A stretch of DNA of 63,979 bases, the filler included, from an uncultured bacterium (GTDB lineage: Bacteria; DAOPZR01): NCBI GenBank assembly GCA_964637655.1. It is 5 parts of 5 records of this genome, joined end to end, with 100 filler letters (N's around TTAATTAATTAA, not from the genome) between each part and the next. Parts side by side here need not be neighbours in the genome. Positions count along the whole stretch, not along the records: positions 13,773 to 27,433 come from CAZWUZ010000078.1; positions 27,534 to 41,114 come from CAZWUZ010000080.1; 3 more parts are not named here. One strand, given 5' to 3'. Below the pieces are notes generated by a model. It made no database searches. It worked only from the letters and a program-made list of their open reading frames with translations, and was not told the DNA's origin. Shown here piece after piece: positions 21,622 to 31,818 of this stretch. Both the position numbers and the translations under genes were made by a program. Position 1 is the first letter of the stretch. Every line of letters begins with the position of its first letter.

Positions 21622-22425
21622 ATGAACAAATCCACGCTGATTGGCCTGCTGCTGGCCGTCGGGTCAATCGTCGGTTGCGGGGTCATCGAGTTGATGCACC
21701 TCAACCCGGCCGGCATTTCCCCCTTTCTCAAGCCCTCGGCGCTTTTCATCATCTTCGGCGCCACCCTCGGGGCGACGCTGTGCAGCGTCTCGTGGGAATG
21801 CTTCATGAACCTGCCGAAACTGGTCCGCATCACGTTTCTGGCGCAGCATTTCGACAGCAAGGGCATTGTCCCGACCTTCGTCTCCTTTTCGGAAAAGGCG
21901 CGCAAGGAAGGGCTCCTCGCGCTGGAAGAGGACATCGAGCAGACCACCGACGTCTTTCTCAAAAAAGGACTGCAGCTGGTCGTTGACGGCGTTGACCCGG
22001 AAATCGTGCGCAGCCTGCTCGAATCGGAAATCGACAACGCCAAGGCGCGCCACAAGGAAGGGATCGACATGTTCAACGCCGCCGGCGGTCTGGCCCCGAC
22101 CATGGCCATCGTCGGCACCGTCTTCGGGCTCATCGCCGCGCTGCAGATGGCCTCGATGGGTGCCGACTCGAACACCGTCGTCGGCGCCATCGCCACCGCC
22201 TTCATCGCCACCTTCTACGGCATCGCCATCGCCAACGCGGTCATCCTGCCGATGGCGGAGAAACTCAAGCAGCTCGACCACGAGGAGGCGCAGTACCGGG
22301 AACTGGTCAGTTTCGGCATTCTCTCGATCATGAGCGGTGACAACCCGCGCATCGTGCAGGAAAAACTTTCGGTCTTCCTCCCGGAGAAGGACCGCGCCGA
22401 CCTCGAGAAGAAGGACGAGGAGTAG
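21622..22425 (+). CDS. motA: flagellar stator protein MotA
   Basis: ARKEGLLALEE, FLKKGLQLVVDG, APTMAIVGTVFGLI, AFIATFYG, GDNPR. Confidence 0.92.
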   Translation: MNKSTLIGLLLAVGSIVGCGVIELMHLNPAGISPFLKPSALFIIFGATLGATLCSVSWECFMNLPKLVRITFLAQHFDSKGIVPTFVSFSEKARKEGLLALEEDIEQTTDVFLKKGLQLVVDGVDPEIVRSLLESEIDNAKARHKEGIDMFNAAGGLAPTMAIVGTVFGLIAALQMASMGADSNTVVGAIATAFIATFYGIAIANAVILPMAEKLKQLDHEEAQYRELVSFGILSIMSGDNPRIVQEKLSVFLPEKDRADLEKKDEE

Positions 22426-22431
22426 CCGGTC

Positions 22432-23154
22432 ATGGGCAAGCGCAAGGGGGGACACGGCGAGGGGGGGGGCGGCGGTCACGGCGGCGGCGGGATGCGCTGG
22501 CTGCTCACCTATTCCGACATGCTGACGCTCCTCTTCGCGCTCTTCGTCTACTTTTACTCGATTTCCACGGTCAACGAGACGAAGATGCTGGCGATGTCGC
22601 AGGCGATGGCGGCGCAGTTCGGCATCTTTTCCGGCAACGATTTTCCCATCCCGGGCGGCACCGGCGTGCTCCCCTACCCGGGCACCAACGTCGAGCCGCA
22701 GCGGCTGCAGATCGAGCAGGAACTGCAGCAGCAGGGGGCCACCATCAAGGACGACGAACGCGGTCTGGTCATCGCCCTGACTGACGAGGTGCTCTTCGCC
22801 CCCGCCTCCGCGCAGCTGCTCCCGGGCTCCGACACCATCATCCGCAACGTCGCCTTCATGCTCAACGACATCGTCCCCGAACGCCTCATCCGCATCGAGG
22901 GGCACACCGATAACGCCGACCTCGCCACGCCCGAGTTCCCCTCCAACTGGGAACTCTCCGCGGCGCGCGCGGCCACCATCGCCCGCGTACTCAACGGGCA
23001 GCATAACGTGGCGGGCGAGCGCCTCTCCATCGTCGGCTTCGGCGAGTATCACCCGCGCGCCGGCACGGTCGAACTGCAGGACCCTGACGAGCGCGCGCGC
23101 AACCGCCGCGTCGACATCGTCGTCCTGCAGGACCGTTCCACCGTCACCCGCTGA
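22432..23154 (+). CDS. motB: flagellar stator protein MotB
   Basis: WLLTYSDMLTLL (conserved Asp); OmpA-like domain IEGHTD, NWELSAARA, NRRVDI. Confidence 0.93.
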   Translation: MGKRKGGHGEGGGGGHGGGGMRWLLTYSDMLTLLFALFVYFYSISTVNETKMLAMSQAMAAQFGIFSGNDFPIPGGTGVLPYPGTNVEPQRLQIEQELQQQGATIKDDERGLVIALTDEVLFAPASAQLLPGSDTIIRNVAFMLNDIVPERLIRIEGHTDNADLATPEFPSNWELSAARAATIARVLNGQHNVAGERLSIVGFGEYHPRAGTVELQDPDERARNRRVDIVVLQDRSTVTR

Positions 23155-23215
23155 CCGCGCGATTCGCCGCCGCCCGGTACCCGCCGTGGCGCCCCCCCCA
23201 TCCGCCTCCGTACGA

Positions 23216-23244
23216 TTGACAGCCGCCGCCGTTTCCGCTACCGT
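23216..23244 (+). promoter_or_regulatory. sigma70-type promoter of the first atpZ-like gene
   Basis: TTGACA-17-TACCGT, 6 nt to ATG. Confidence 0.55.
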
Positions 23245-23250
23245 GCCGCC

Positions 23251-23457
23251 ATGCGCCGTCGCCTGCCGCAGCTCCGCCTGACCGGTACCATCGCCGGGCT
23301 CCTCGCCGTCACCACCCTCATCGGGCATTACAGCGGCGTGCTCAGTGACAACTGGTTGCAGACCTCCCCGTGGCTCACCGTGGCCGGCACGCTGCTCGGC
23401 CTCGCCGCGGGCATCTGGGAAACTGCCCGCCTCTTTGCCCGCTCCCCCCGCGCTTGA
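23251..23457 (+). CDS. AtpZ/AtpI (ATPase gene-1)-like protein, copy 1
   Basis: Two TM segments around GHYSGVLSDNWLQTSPWLTVAGTLLG; upstream of the atp operon. Confidence 0.7.
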   Translation: MRRRLPQLRLTGTIAGLLAVTTLIGHYSGVLSDNWLQTSPWLTVAGTLLGLAAGIWETARLFARSPRA

Positions 23458-23482
23458 CTTCCCCCGTGCTTTCCGCTATCAT
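23454..23482 (+). promoter_or_regulatory. sigma70-type promoter of the second atpZ-like gene / atp operon
   Basis: TTGACT-17-TATCAT, 8 nt to ATG. Confidence 0.6.
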
Positions 23483-23490
23483 CCGTCCCG

Positions 23491-23760
23491 ATGCGCAGGG
23501 AATACGCTGACGCTGCACGGCAGGTAGGATCGGTCGGTGCACTCGGGCTGACGCTGGTGCTCAGCACCGCGCTCGGGCTTGCCGCCGGAAACTGGCTTGA
23601 CCGCCGGTTCCCGGTCGTGCATCCGCTCGGCACACTCGGCGGTTTCCTGCTCGGGGTTGTGACCGGCTTCTGGAACATCTACGTGGTGCTGTACGGGCGG
23701 CCTGGCAGTCGCCCCACGGCACCGGAAAGTGCACCACCGGATGACACACGGCAGTCCTGA
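23491..23760 (+). CDS. AtpZ/AtpI (ATPase gene-1)-like protein, copy 2
   Basis: LGLTLV...GLAAGNWLDRRF...GFLLGVVTGFWNIY. Confidence 0.8.
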   Translation: MRREYADAARQVGSVGALGLTLVLSTALGLAAGNWLDRRFPVVHPLGTLGGFLLGVVTGFWNIYVVLYGRPGSRPTAPESAPPDDTRQS

Positions 23761-24121
23761 CACGACGGTACGGCAACTGCACCTGCGGGCGCTGGCACTC
23801 GGTCTGTTCGCCGCCATCCTCACCTCGCCTTTCCTGCCGTTTTCCTTCACCACCGGCCTGCTTGCCGGCCTGCTGCTCGCCCAGGGCAATCTGCTCGTCC
23901 TCACGCGCACCACGGCGGTCGTCCTGCACGGGCGCGCCGCGCTCGCCCTGCCGTTCGCCTGGCTCGGCTTTCTCGCACGCACAGCACTGACCCTCGCGCT
24001 CCTCGCCCTCTGCGCCGCCTGGCAGTTGCCCGCCGCGGCCGGCGCCGCGCTCGGCCTGCTGACCGTCGCGGCCGCCGCCACTTCGCTGGCGCTGCCGCAG
24101 GCCGCGCCCCGGGAGGCCTGA
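23741..24121 (+). CDS. atpI: ATP synthase protein I-like membrane protein
   Basis: Four hydrophobic segments, positioned directly before atpB. Confidence 0.6.
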   Translation: MTHGSPDTTVRQLHLRALALGLFAAILTSPFLPFSFTTGLLAGLLLAQGNLLVLTRTTAVVLHGRAALALPFAWLGFLARTALTLALLALCAAWQLPAAAGAALGLLTVAAAATSLALPQAAPREA

Positions 24122-24122
24122 G

Positions 24123-24896
24123 ATGGCCGCTGCCGCCCACGCTGCTGAAGCCGCCGCCCACGGCGGGCATGGCGGCGGGCTGCCGCACATCCAGCTGCTC
24201 GAGATCTACGGCGTTCCCGGCTTCATGGTGATGAGTTTCCTCGTCCTGCTCATCCTCTTCGTCTGCGGCCTGCTTACCCGCCGTTCGCTCAAGCTCGTTC
24301 CCGACGGCCTGCAGAACTTCTTCGAGTTCGTCTACTGCTTCTGGTACGACATGGGCGAATCGCTGATGGGCAAAAAGGTGCAGTTTTTCATGCCCCTCTT
24401 CCTCTTCCTCTTCCTCTACATATTATTCGGCAACCTCATCGGGCTGGTGCCGGGTTTCAACTCCCCCACCGCCAGTTTGAACACCACCTTCGCGCTGTCA
24501 CTCATCGTCTTTTTCAGCACGCACATCTTCGGTATCCGCACCAAGGGCCTGGTCGGCTACCTGCGCCACTTCTGGGCGGGCGTGCCGTGGTGGCTGAAGC
24601 CCGGGATGTTCGTCATCGAACTCATCAGCGAGTTCGTGCGGCCGATCTCCCTCGCCGCCCGTCTCTTCGGCAATATCGTCGCCAAGGAGATCATGCTCAC
24701 CGTGCTCATCGCGCTGCTGCTCACCTTCATCGGTGCCGACAGCCTCGTCTCCAACGCGCTCGCGGTCTTTCCGCTGGTCCTGCGCCCGCTGATCATCGTG
24801 CTCGGCACGCTGGTCTCGCTGATCCAGGCCTGCGTCTTCACCATTCTTGCCATGATCTACATAGCCGGAGCCGTGTCCGAAGGGCACGACCATTGA
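24123..24896 (+). CDS. atpB: ATP synthase F0 subunit a
   Basis: [30 protein letters not shown]. Confidence 0.95.
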   Translation: MAAAAHAAEAAAHGGHGGGLPHIQLLEIYGVPGFMVMSFLVLLILFVCGLLTRRSLKLVPDGLQNFFEFVYCFWYDMGESLMGKKVQFFMPLFLFLFLYILFGNLIGLVPGFNSPTASLNTTFALSLIVFFSTHIFGIRTKGLVGYLRHFWAGVPWWLKPGMFVIELISEFVRPISLAARLFGNIVAKEIMLTVLIALLLTFIGADSLVSNALAVFPLVLRPLIIVLGTLVSLIQACVFTILAMIYIAGAVSEGHDH

Positions 24897-24925
24897 GTGC
24901 AACTACACCTCGAGGAGGACGTACC

Positions 24926-25330
24926 ATGCAACGTATCATGATGGCGGTGGCAGTGATGTTCCTGATGCTGGCGGGCGCGGCAGTCGCCGCGGAAGTCCCG
25001 GAAGCGGCGCCCGTGGCGGCAGCGCCGGCCGCAGCGGCAGGCAGCAGCAACGGTATTGACGGGGCCTCGTTTTTCCTGGCCATGAGCGTGCTCGCGGCGG
25101 GGCTGTGCGTCGCCATCGGCACCGTCGGCACCGGACTCGGACAGGGGAACGCGGTCGCGCGCGCGGTTGAGGGCATCGCCCGGCAGCCGGAAGCGGCCAA
25201 GAACATCCAGACGGTGATGATCATCGGGCTCGCCTTCATCGAGTCGCTGACCATCTACGCGCTGCTCATCTCGGTCATCCTCATCTTCGTCAATCCGTGG
25301 GCTGACGCCTTCACCGCGTTGCTCAAGTAG
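24926..25330 (+). CDS. atpE: ATP synthase F0 subunit c with N-terminal signal-like extension
   Basis: GLGQG, ARQPE, IESLTIY; GAGGAGG RBS; 134 aa. Confidence 0.93.
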   Translation: MQRIMMAVAVMFLMLAGAAVAAEVPEAAPVAAAPAAAAGSSNGIDGASFFLAMSVLAAGLCVAIGTVGTGLGQGNAVARAVEGIARQPEAAKNIQTVMIIGLAFIESLTIYALLISVILIFVNPWADAFTALLK

Positions 25331-25359
25331 CATGACCGTACCGGCACAGGGGGGTTCGC

Positions 25360-25848
25360 ATGGAGGTCATTGATCTCAAGGTCCAGTATCTGCTCGTCCA
25401 GTTCGTGACCTTTCTGCTCGGCATCGGCCTGCTGTGGAAGCCCGGGTTCAAGTACCTCGGGAACATCCTCGCGCAGCGGCGCGAGCAGATCCGCACCGAC
25501 CTCGACGCCGCGCAGCAGGCGAAGCTCGACACCGCGACGCTCAAGGCGGAGTACGAGAAGAAACTCGCGGTCATCGAGCAGGAGGCGCGCGCCAAGATCC
25601 AGGCATCGACGCGCGAGGCGCAGGAAGCGCGCAACGAGATTCTCGCCGAGGCGCGCACCAAAGCCGAGGCGCTCCTCGTGCAGGCGGAGCAGACCATCCG
25701 CCGCGAACAGCGCAAGGCGCTGGTCGAACTGAAAAACGAGATCGCGCAGCTGGCGGTCGGGGCGGCCGAGCAGGTGACGCGGCAGCGCCTGGACGCCGCG
25801 GCGCAGCAGGCGCTGCTCGACGACGTCATCGCCCGGGTGGGCAAATAG
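25360..25848 (+). CDS. atpF: ATP synthase F0 subunit b
   Basis: N-terminal TM (QFVTFLL...LLWKP) then coiled coil; position in operon. Confidence 0.9.
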   Translation: MEVIDLKVQYLLVQFVTFLLGIGLLWKPGFKYLGNILAQRREQIRTDLDAAQQAKLDTATLKAEYEKKLAVIEQEARAKIQASTREAQEARNEILAEARTKAEALLVQAEQTIRREQRKALVELKNEIAQLAVGAAEQVTRQRLDAAAQQALLDDVIARVGK

Positions 25849-26399
25849 TGGCCGCCCCGCGCGCCGCGCGCCATTACGCGCAGGCGCTGTTCGACCTCGC
25901 CGCGGAACAGGACGCGCTCGCCGCCACCGGCAGCGAACTCGACCTGCTGGCAACCCTGGCCGCCGACGGCGACGTCGTCTGGTTCAGCCGCGAGCCGCGC
26001 ATCCCGGCGGCGAAACGGCACGCGGTGCTGCAGCAGGCGATCAGCGGCTGTTCGGAACTGACCCGCTCGTTTCTCCGCGTCGTGCTGCAGCGCGGGCGCC
26101 TTACCGCGCTCCCCGCCATCCGCGACGCCTTCCGCACGCTGCTCGACCGTCGGCACCACCGCCTGCGCGTGCGCGCCGTCAGCGCCGTCCCCCTGCGCGA
26201 CCCGCAGGTGCGGGCGCTGACGCAGCAGCTGCAGCAGCTCACCGGCCGCGAAATCGTCCTCGCCGCCGAAGTCGACCGCGCGCTCATCGGCGGTCTGGTC
26301 GTCGAAGCCGACGGCTGGCAGTACGACGGCAGCGTAGCCCGCGCGTTCCGCGACCTGCGCGACCGTCTGCAGCACATCTCTCTGGGCACACAGGAGTAG
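25848..26399 (+). CDS. atpH: ATP synthase F1 subunit delta
   Basis: ARHYAQALF, SAVPL, VDRALIGG, YDGSV; GTG start. Confidence 0.9.
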   Translation: MAAPRAARHYAQALFDLAAEQDALAATGSELDLLATLAADGDVVWFSREPRIPAAKRHAVLQQAISGCSELTRSFLRVVLQRGRLTALPAIRDAFRTLLDRRHHRLRVRAVSAVPLRDPQVRALTQQLQQLTGREIVLAAEVDRALIGGLVVEADGWQYDGSVARAFRDLRDRLQHISLGTQE

Positions 26400-26402
26400 G
26401 CC

Positions 26403-27433
<1,031 letters not shown>

Positions 27434-27533
27434 NNNNNNNNNNNNNNNNNNNNNNNNNNNNNNNNNNNNNNNNNNNNTTAATTAATTAANNNNNNNNNNN
27501 NNNNNNNNNNNNNNNNNNNNNNNNNNNNNNNNN
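27434..27533. other. artificial contig spacer
   Basis: N run with TTAATTAATTAA. Confidence 0.97.
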
Positions 27534-28017
27534 CCATGAACGACTGCCCGCCGAATCCGGGTTCGACCGTCATAACGAGAATCAGGTCGAGATCAGGCAA
27601 CAGCGGCAGCAGCACCTCCGCCGGCGTCTGCGGCTTGATGCTGATGCCCGCCTGTCTGCCCAGCGCGCGAATGCGCCGCAGCAGGTCGCGCGCCGTCTCC
27701 GGCCGTGCTTCGTAATGGAAGGTGATGAGATCGCTCCCCGCCTGCGCGAACGGTTCGAGGTAGCGTTCCGGCTCGCTGATCATCAGGTGCGTATCGAGCA
27801 CCAGGTCGGTCGCGGCACGCAGCGACCTGACCAGCGGCGGCCCGAAGGTGATGTTCGGAACAAAGTGCCCGTCCATCACGTCGAGGTGCAGCACCTGCAC
27901 CCCGGACGCCGCCGCCGCCGCGCACTCACGCCGCAGGTCGGCAAAATCAGCGGAGAGCAGTGACGGCGCCACCTGCACCGCCCGCCCGGTCAGATAATGG
28001 GTCAGGTTCGTTTCCAT
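27534..28017 (-). CDS. rpe: ribulose-phosphate 3-epimerase, 3'-truncated
   Basis: APSLLSADF, HLDVMDGHFVPNITFG, HLM, MTVEPGFGGQ. Confidence 0.96.
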
Positions 28018-28069
28018 ACCGCCGAGTATAGCACGCGGCGCGCTCTCCGACAACACCGGACGCGGCCCC

Positions 28070-28098
28070 TTGACCGTGGCCGCCGGGTCTGTTATGCT
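28070..28098 (+). promoter_or_regulatory. sigma70-type promoter of the dapB-like gene
   Basis: TTGACC-17-TATGCT; 5' UTR hairpin CATGCCGG-TTC-CCGGCATG at about 28114-28132. Confidence 0.55.
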
Positions 28099-28164
28099 GC
28101 ACATACTGTCGTACATGCCGGTTCCCGGCATGGCTGTTCACCCGCACAATCCGGAGGTGACGAG

Positions 28165-28929
28165 ATGCCCCCCATTACCGTCGGCCTGTTCGGGTTCGGG
28201 CGCACCGGGCGGCTCGTGGCCAACGAATTCCTGCGCGACGGCCGTTTCGCCGTACGCTGGGTGGTGCGCCGCTCGCATGATGCGCACCACAAGCATGCCA
28301 GCACCCTGCTCGGGCTCGACCAGCCGGCCGGCGAGATTTTTTCCGTTGACGACCTGCGCCCCGATTTCTACCGCACGCACCGCGTCGATATCATCGTTGA
28401 CTTTGCCGGCAGCGCCGCGGTCCGCCGCTACGCCGCCGCCGCCTGCGAGGGGACGCGCATCATCTCGGCAGTTTCCCGCTACCGCCCGTCAGATTACGCG
28501 CTGCTGCAGTCGCTCAGTGCGCAGACCGCGGTGCTCTTCTCCCCCAACATCACGCTGGGCATCAATTTTCTGCTCATCGCCTCGCAGGTGCTGCAGAAGA
28601 TCGCCCCGCACGCGGATATCGAAATCATCGAGGAGCATTTCCGCGCCAAGGAGGAGGTTTCCGGCACGGCGAAAAAGATCGCGCAGGCGCTCAGCCTCGA
28701 CCAGGAGAAGCACGTCAACTCCATCCGTGTCGGCGGCATCGTCGGGCGGCACGAGATCGTCTTCGGGCTGCCCAACCAGACCATCCGCCTGGTGCACGAG
28801 AGCATCAACCGCGCCGCGTTCGGGCAGGGCGCGATCTTCGCCGCGCAGTGGCTGCACGACCGCGCCGGCCTCTACTCGATGGAACAGATCATTTCCGACA
28901 TGTTCAAGCACAACACCCCGGTCTACTGA
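28165..28929 (+). CDS. dapB: 4-hydroxy-tetrahydrodipicolinate reductase-like protein (divergent)
   Basis: GLFGFGRTG, IVDF, SPNITLGIN, IIEEHFRAKEEVSGTA, SIRVGGIVGRHEI, RAAFGQGA. Confidence 0.7.
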   Translation: MPPITVGLFGFGRTGRLVANEFLRDGRFAVRWVVRRSHDAHHKHASTLLGLDQPAGEIFSVDDLRPDFYRTHRVDIIVDFAGSAAVRRYAAAACEGTRIISAVSRYRPSDYALLQSLSAQTAVLFSPNITLGINFLLIASQVLQKIAPHADIEIIEEHFRAKEEVSGTAKKIAQALSLDQEKHVNSIRVGGIVGRHEIVFGLPNQTIRLVHESINRAAFGQGAIFAAQWLHDRAGLYSMEQIISDMFKHNTPVY

Positions 28930-28931
28930 TC

Positions 28932-30569
28932 TCAGGCGGCAAAGAGGCGGAGCAGCGGCGGGACGAGCTGTTTCTTGCGCGAGATGATATTCTGCAGGTC
29001 GTACCGGTGCGCAGTCAGGGCCCGGAAGGGGAGTTTGGCCAGCAGGGGCGCTTCGCCGTCAGCGAGCAGCACACTCGTCTGCGTGCTGATATCCGTGATC
29101 ATCAGTCCGAGAAAATCAAGGTCGAGCCGCTGCCGCTCCGCCGCCACCGCCGCCAGCAGGCGGTCGTACTGCGGTTCCACCGCGGCATAACCGACTGTCT
29201 CCAGTTGCGCCACGGCGAACCGTACCGTCCCCGCCGTGTACTCCTTGCAGTCCTGCCGCACCGCCTGCGCGAGATGCGCCGGGTCGAGTTTCGCCCCGGC
29301 GGCAAAGAAGGCGAGCGCGAACGGTTCCCAGCGGAACTGCGTCTGTTCCGCCAGCCACGCGACCATCGCCCGGTCGGGCTCCGTCGTTGTCGGGCTTTTC
29401 AGCAGCACGGTGTCGGAAAGGATGCCGGCAAGCAGCAGTTTCCCGATGGCCGGCGACGGGCGGCACCCCGCGTCGCGGAACAGCCGGGCGACAATGGTCG
29501 AGGTGCTGCCGACCGGGTAGTTGAGGAACATGATGGGGCGGCTGCCCGCGGGCGGCGCGATCCGGTGGTGATCGATGACCGCGATGATCTCCGCCTCTTC
29601 CGCCCCCTCGACCATCTGCGCCGGCTCGTTATGGTCGACGAGGATGAGCCGGTGCGCGGGGCGCGCCAGCAGCAGGCGGGTGGTGATGATCCCCGCGATG
29701 CGCCCGTCGTCATCGGTCACCATGACCCCGCCGGCGTCGCCGAGCCGGTCACGGCATTCGGCCAGCGGCAGGTGGCGCGGCACGGTGACGGCGTTGCGGT
29801 CATAGAACGACGAGACCGGCAGCGACTGCTTGACGCGCAGCGTCGCCTGCGCCGCGTTGCATCCCGTGAGCAGCACCGCGCCGCCGCGCCGGTGCAGCGC
29901 CTGCACCGTCGCCGCCGGCGGCCGGTAGCCGTCGACGCAGACAACCGCCGCCACCGTCACGCGCGGCGGCAGGCCGCGCAGCAGGTCGAAGCGGTCATCG
30001 GTGATGACGATGGCAGCGTCTTTGACCGCGCGCAGGTCGCGGTGGAAGTCGGCGCGCGAGCCGGTGGTCAGCACGATGCCCGCCTTGAAGGTGCGCCCGC
30101 GCGCCGGGCCGCCGGCCAGCAGCGTGCCGCCCAGCGCGCGGCGCAGCATGGCCAGCGAGGTGAAGACGCGTGGATTATCGAGCAGGCGCAGCAGACCGCG
30201 GGTGATCAGATCGAGGGTGAGGAACCCGAGCGGACGGCGGTCCGCGTCAACCACCGGCAGGTAGCGAAACCCGTAGCGGCGGAAGAGTTCCAGCGCGTCG
30301 CGCAGCGTGCTCGTTTCGGTGCAGGCGATGTAGTCGGTCAGCAGCGCCTCGCCGCAGCGCATGCGCGCGTCGGCAAGATAGACCGGCGGCGCGAGGCCGA
30401 GCTGCTCGAGGATGTACGCCGTCTGCGCGTTGAGGTGCCCCGCCCGCGCGGCCACGACGGTTTCCCCCGCCTGCTGCCGGAATTCGGCGTAGCCGAGGGC
30501 GGCGGCGATGCTGTCCGTGTCGGGGTTGCGATGCCCGATGACGTAGGTGACGCTGCCGGATGCGGTCAC
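28932..30569 (-). CDS. ppaC: Mn-dependent family II inorganic pyrophosphatase with CBS/DRTGG insert
   Basis: GHRNPDTDS, LVDHNE, IDHHR, PVGSTST, ILSDT, SRKKQLVP. Confidence 0.9.
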   Translation of the reverse strand: MTASGSVTYVIGHRNPDTDSIAAALGYAEFRQQAGETVVAARAGHLNAQTAYILEQLGLAPPVYLADARMRCGEALLTDYIACTETSTLRDALELFRRYGFRYLPVVDADRRPLGFLTLDLITRGLLRLLDNPRVFTSLAMLRRALGGTLLAGGPARGRTFKAGIVLTTGSRADFHRDLRAVKDAAIVITDDRFDLLRGLPPRVTVAAVVCVDGYRPPAATVQALHRRGGAVLLTGCNAAQATLRVKQSLPVSSFYDRNAVTVPRHLPLAECRDRLGDAGGVMVTDDDGRIAGIITTRLLLARPAHRLILVDHNEPAQMVEGAEEAEIIAVIDHHRIAPPAGSRPIMFLNYPVGSTSTIVARLFRDAGCRPSPAIGKLLLAGILSDTVLLKSPTTTEPDRAMVAWLAEQTQFRWEPFALAFFAAGAKLDPAHLAQAVRQDCKEYTAGTVRFAVAQLETVGYAAVEPQYDRLLAAVAAERQRLDLDFLGLMITDISTQTSVLLADGEAPLLAKLPFRALTAHRYDLQNIISRKKQLVPPLLRLFAA

Positions 30570-30570
30570 G

Positions 30571-31818
30571 TCACGGTTTCTCCGGCAGGAAGCGCGGGGT
30601 GCCCGGCGGCAGGTAGGCCTGCTCCACCTGCGCCCCGGGATACGCGTGCGGATACTTGTAGCCGGCGCTTTTCACCGCGGCTGACTGGTAGGTCTTGTCC
30701 TTGAGATGGTCGGGCACCTCGAGCTGCTGCTGCGCCCGCACGTGGGCGAGCGCCGCGTCGATGCCCGCGTAGGCGCGGTTGTCCTTGGGCGCCTGCGCGA
30801 GATAGACCGCGGCGAACGCCAGCGGAATGCGCCCCTCGGGCATGCCGACAAAGTCGACCGCCTGCTGGGCCGCCACCGCTACCGCCAGCGCCGGCGGGTC
30901 AGCCAGGCCGATATCCTCGCTGGCGAAGATCACCAGCCGCCGCGCGATAAACAGCGGGTCGTCACCGCCTTCGAGCATCACCGCCAGCCAGTAGAGCGCC
31001 GCGTCGGCGTCACTGCCGCGCATGCTCTTGATGAAGGCGCTGACGGTGTCGTAGTGCTGATCGCCGCGGTCGTAGCGCAGCGCCGCCTGCTGCAGCGACT
31101 CGCGCGCGACCGCTTCGTCGATGGTGCGCGTCCCGTCCGCCTGCGGCGGCGTGCTGAGCGCGGCCACTTCGAGCGCCATGAGCAGCTGGCGCGCGTCCCC
31201 CGCCGCCCGCGTCAGCAGCCAGGTGCGCGCCCCGTCCGTCAGCGCGACCCGCAACGCCCCCACCCCGCGCTCCGCGTCGGTCAGCGCGCGGTCGAGCACG
31301 CGCGCCAGCGCCGCGTCGTCGAGTGACGTGAACTTGAACAGGTTGGAGCGCGACAGCAGCGCGCTGTTGAGCGCGTAGTAGGGGTTCTCGGTGGTGGCCC
31401 CGATGAGCGCCACCGTCCCTTCCTCGACCGACGGCAGCAGGGCATCCTGCTGGGCCTTGTTGAAGCGGTGGATCTCGTCGACAAAGAGCAGCGTGCGCTT
31501 GCCGAAGCGTTCCTGCTGCTCGCGTGCTTCGTCCACCGCCGCCTTGAGGTCCTTGACCCCCGCCGTCGTCGCATTGAGGCGGACAAACCGCGCGCTGGTG
31601 CGCTGCGCGATGATGTTGGCCAGCGCGCTCTTGCCGGTGCCGGGCGGCCCGTGGAAAATGCAGGAACGGACGCGATCGGTGTCGATCAGCCGGCGCAGCA
31701 GCTTGCCCGGCCCGAGCAGGTGCTCCTGCCCGCAGAACTGGTCGAGGGCCTGCGGCAGCAGGCGGTACGGCAGCGGCGCCGTCGAACTGTCCCGCGCGGC
31801 GCGGAACAGGTCGGTCAT
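30571..31818 (-). CDS. rarA: replication-associated recombination protein A (AAA+)
   Basis: GPPGTGKS, DEIHRFNKAQQD, GATTENP, SAFIKSMRGSD, ASEDIG, YKYPH. Confidence 0.95.
   Translation of the reverse strand: MTDLFRAARDSSTAPLPYRLLPQALDQFCGQEHLLGPGKLLRRLIDTDRVRSCIFHGPPGTGKSALANIIAQRTSARFVRLNATTAGVKDLKAAVDEAREQQERFGKRTLLFVDEIHRFNKAQQDALLPSVEEGTVALIGATTENPYYALNSALLSRSNLFKFTSLDDAALARVLDRALTDAERGVGALRVALTDGARTWLLTRAAGDARQLLMALEVAALSTPPQADGTRTIDEAVARESLQQAALRYDRGDQHYDTVSAFIKSMRGSDADAALYWLAVMLEGGDDPLFIARRLVIFASEDIGLADPPALAVAVAAQQAVDFVGMPEGRIPLAFAAVYLAQAPKDNRAYAGIDAALAHVRAQQQLEVPDHLKDKTYQSAAVKSAGYKYPHAYPGAQVEQAYLPPGTPRFLPEKP

Noticed and set aside
21622-23154. motAB as a Zorya (ZorAB) anti-phage motor
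   Set aside because: MotA lacks the long ZorA tail, there are no zorC/D/E neighbours, and the flagellar-type motifs and sigma28-like promoter fit a stator.
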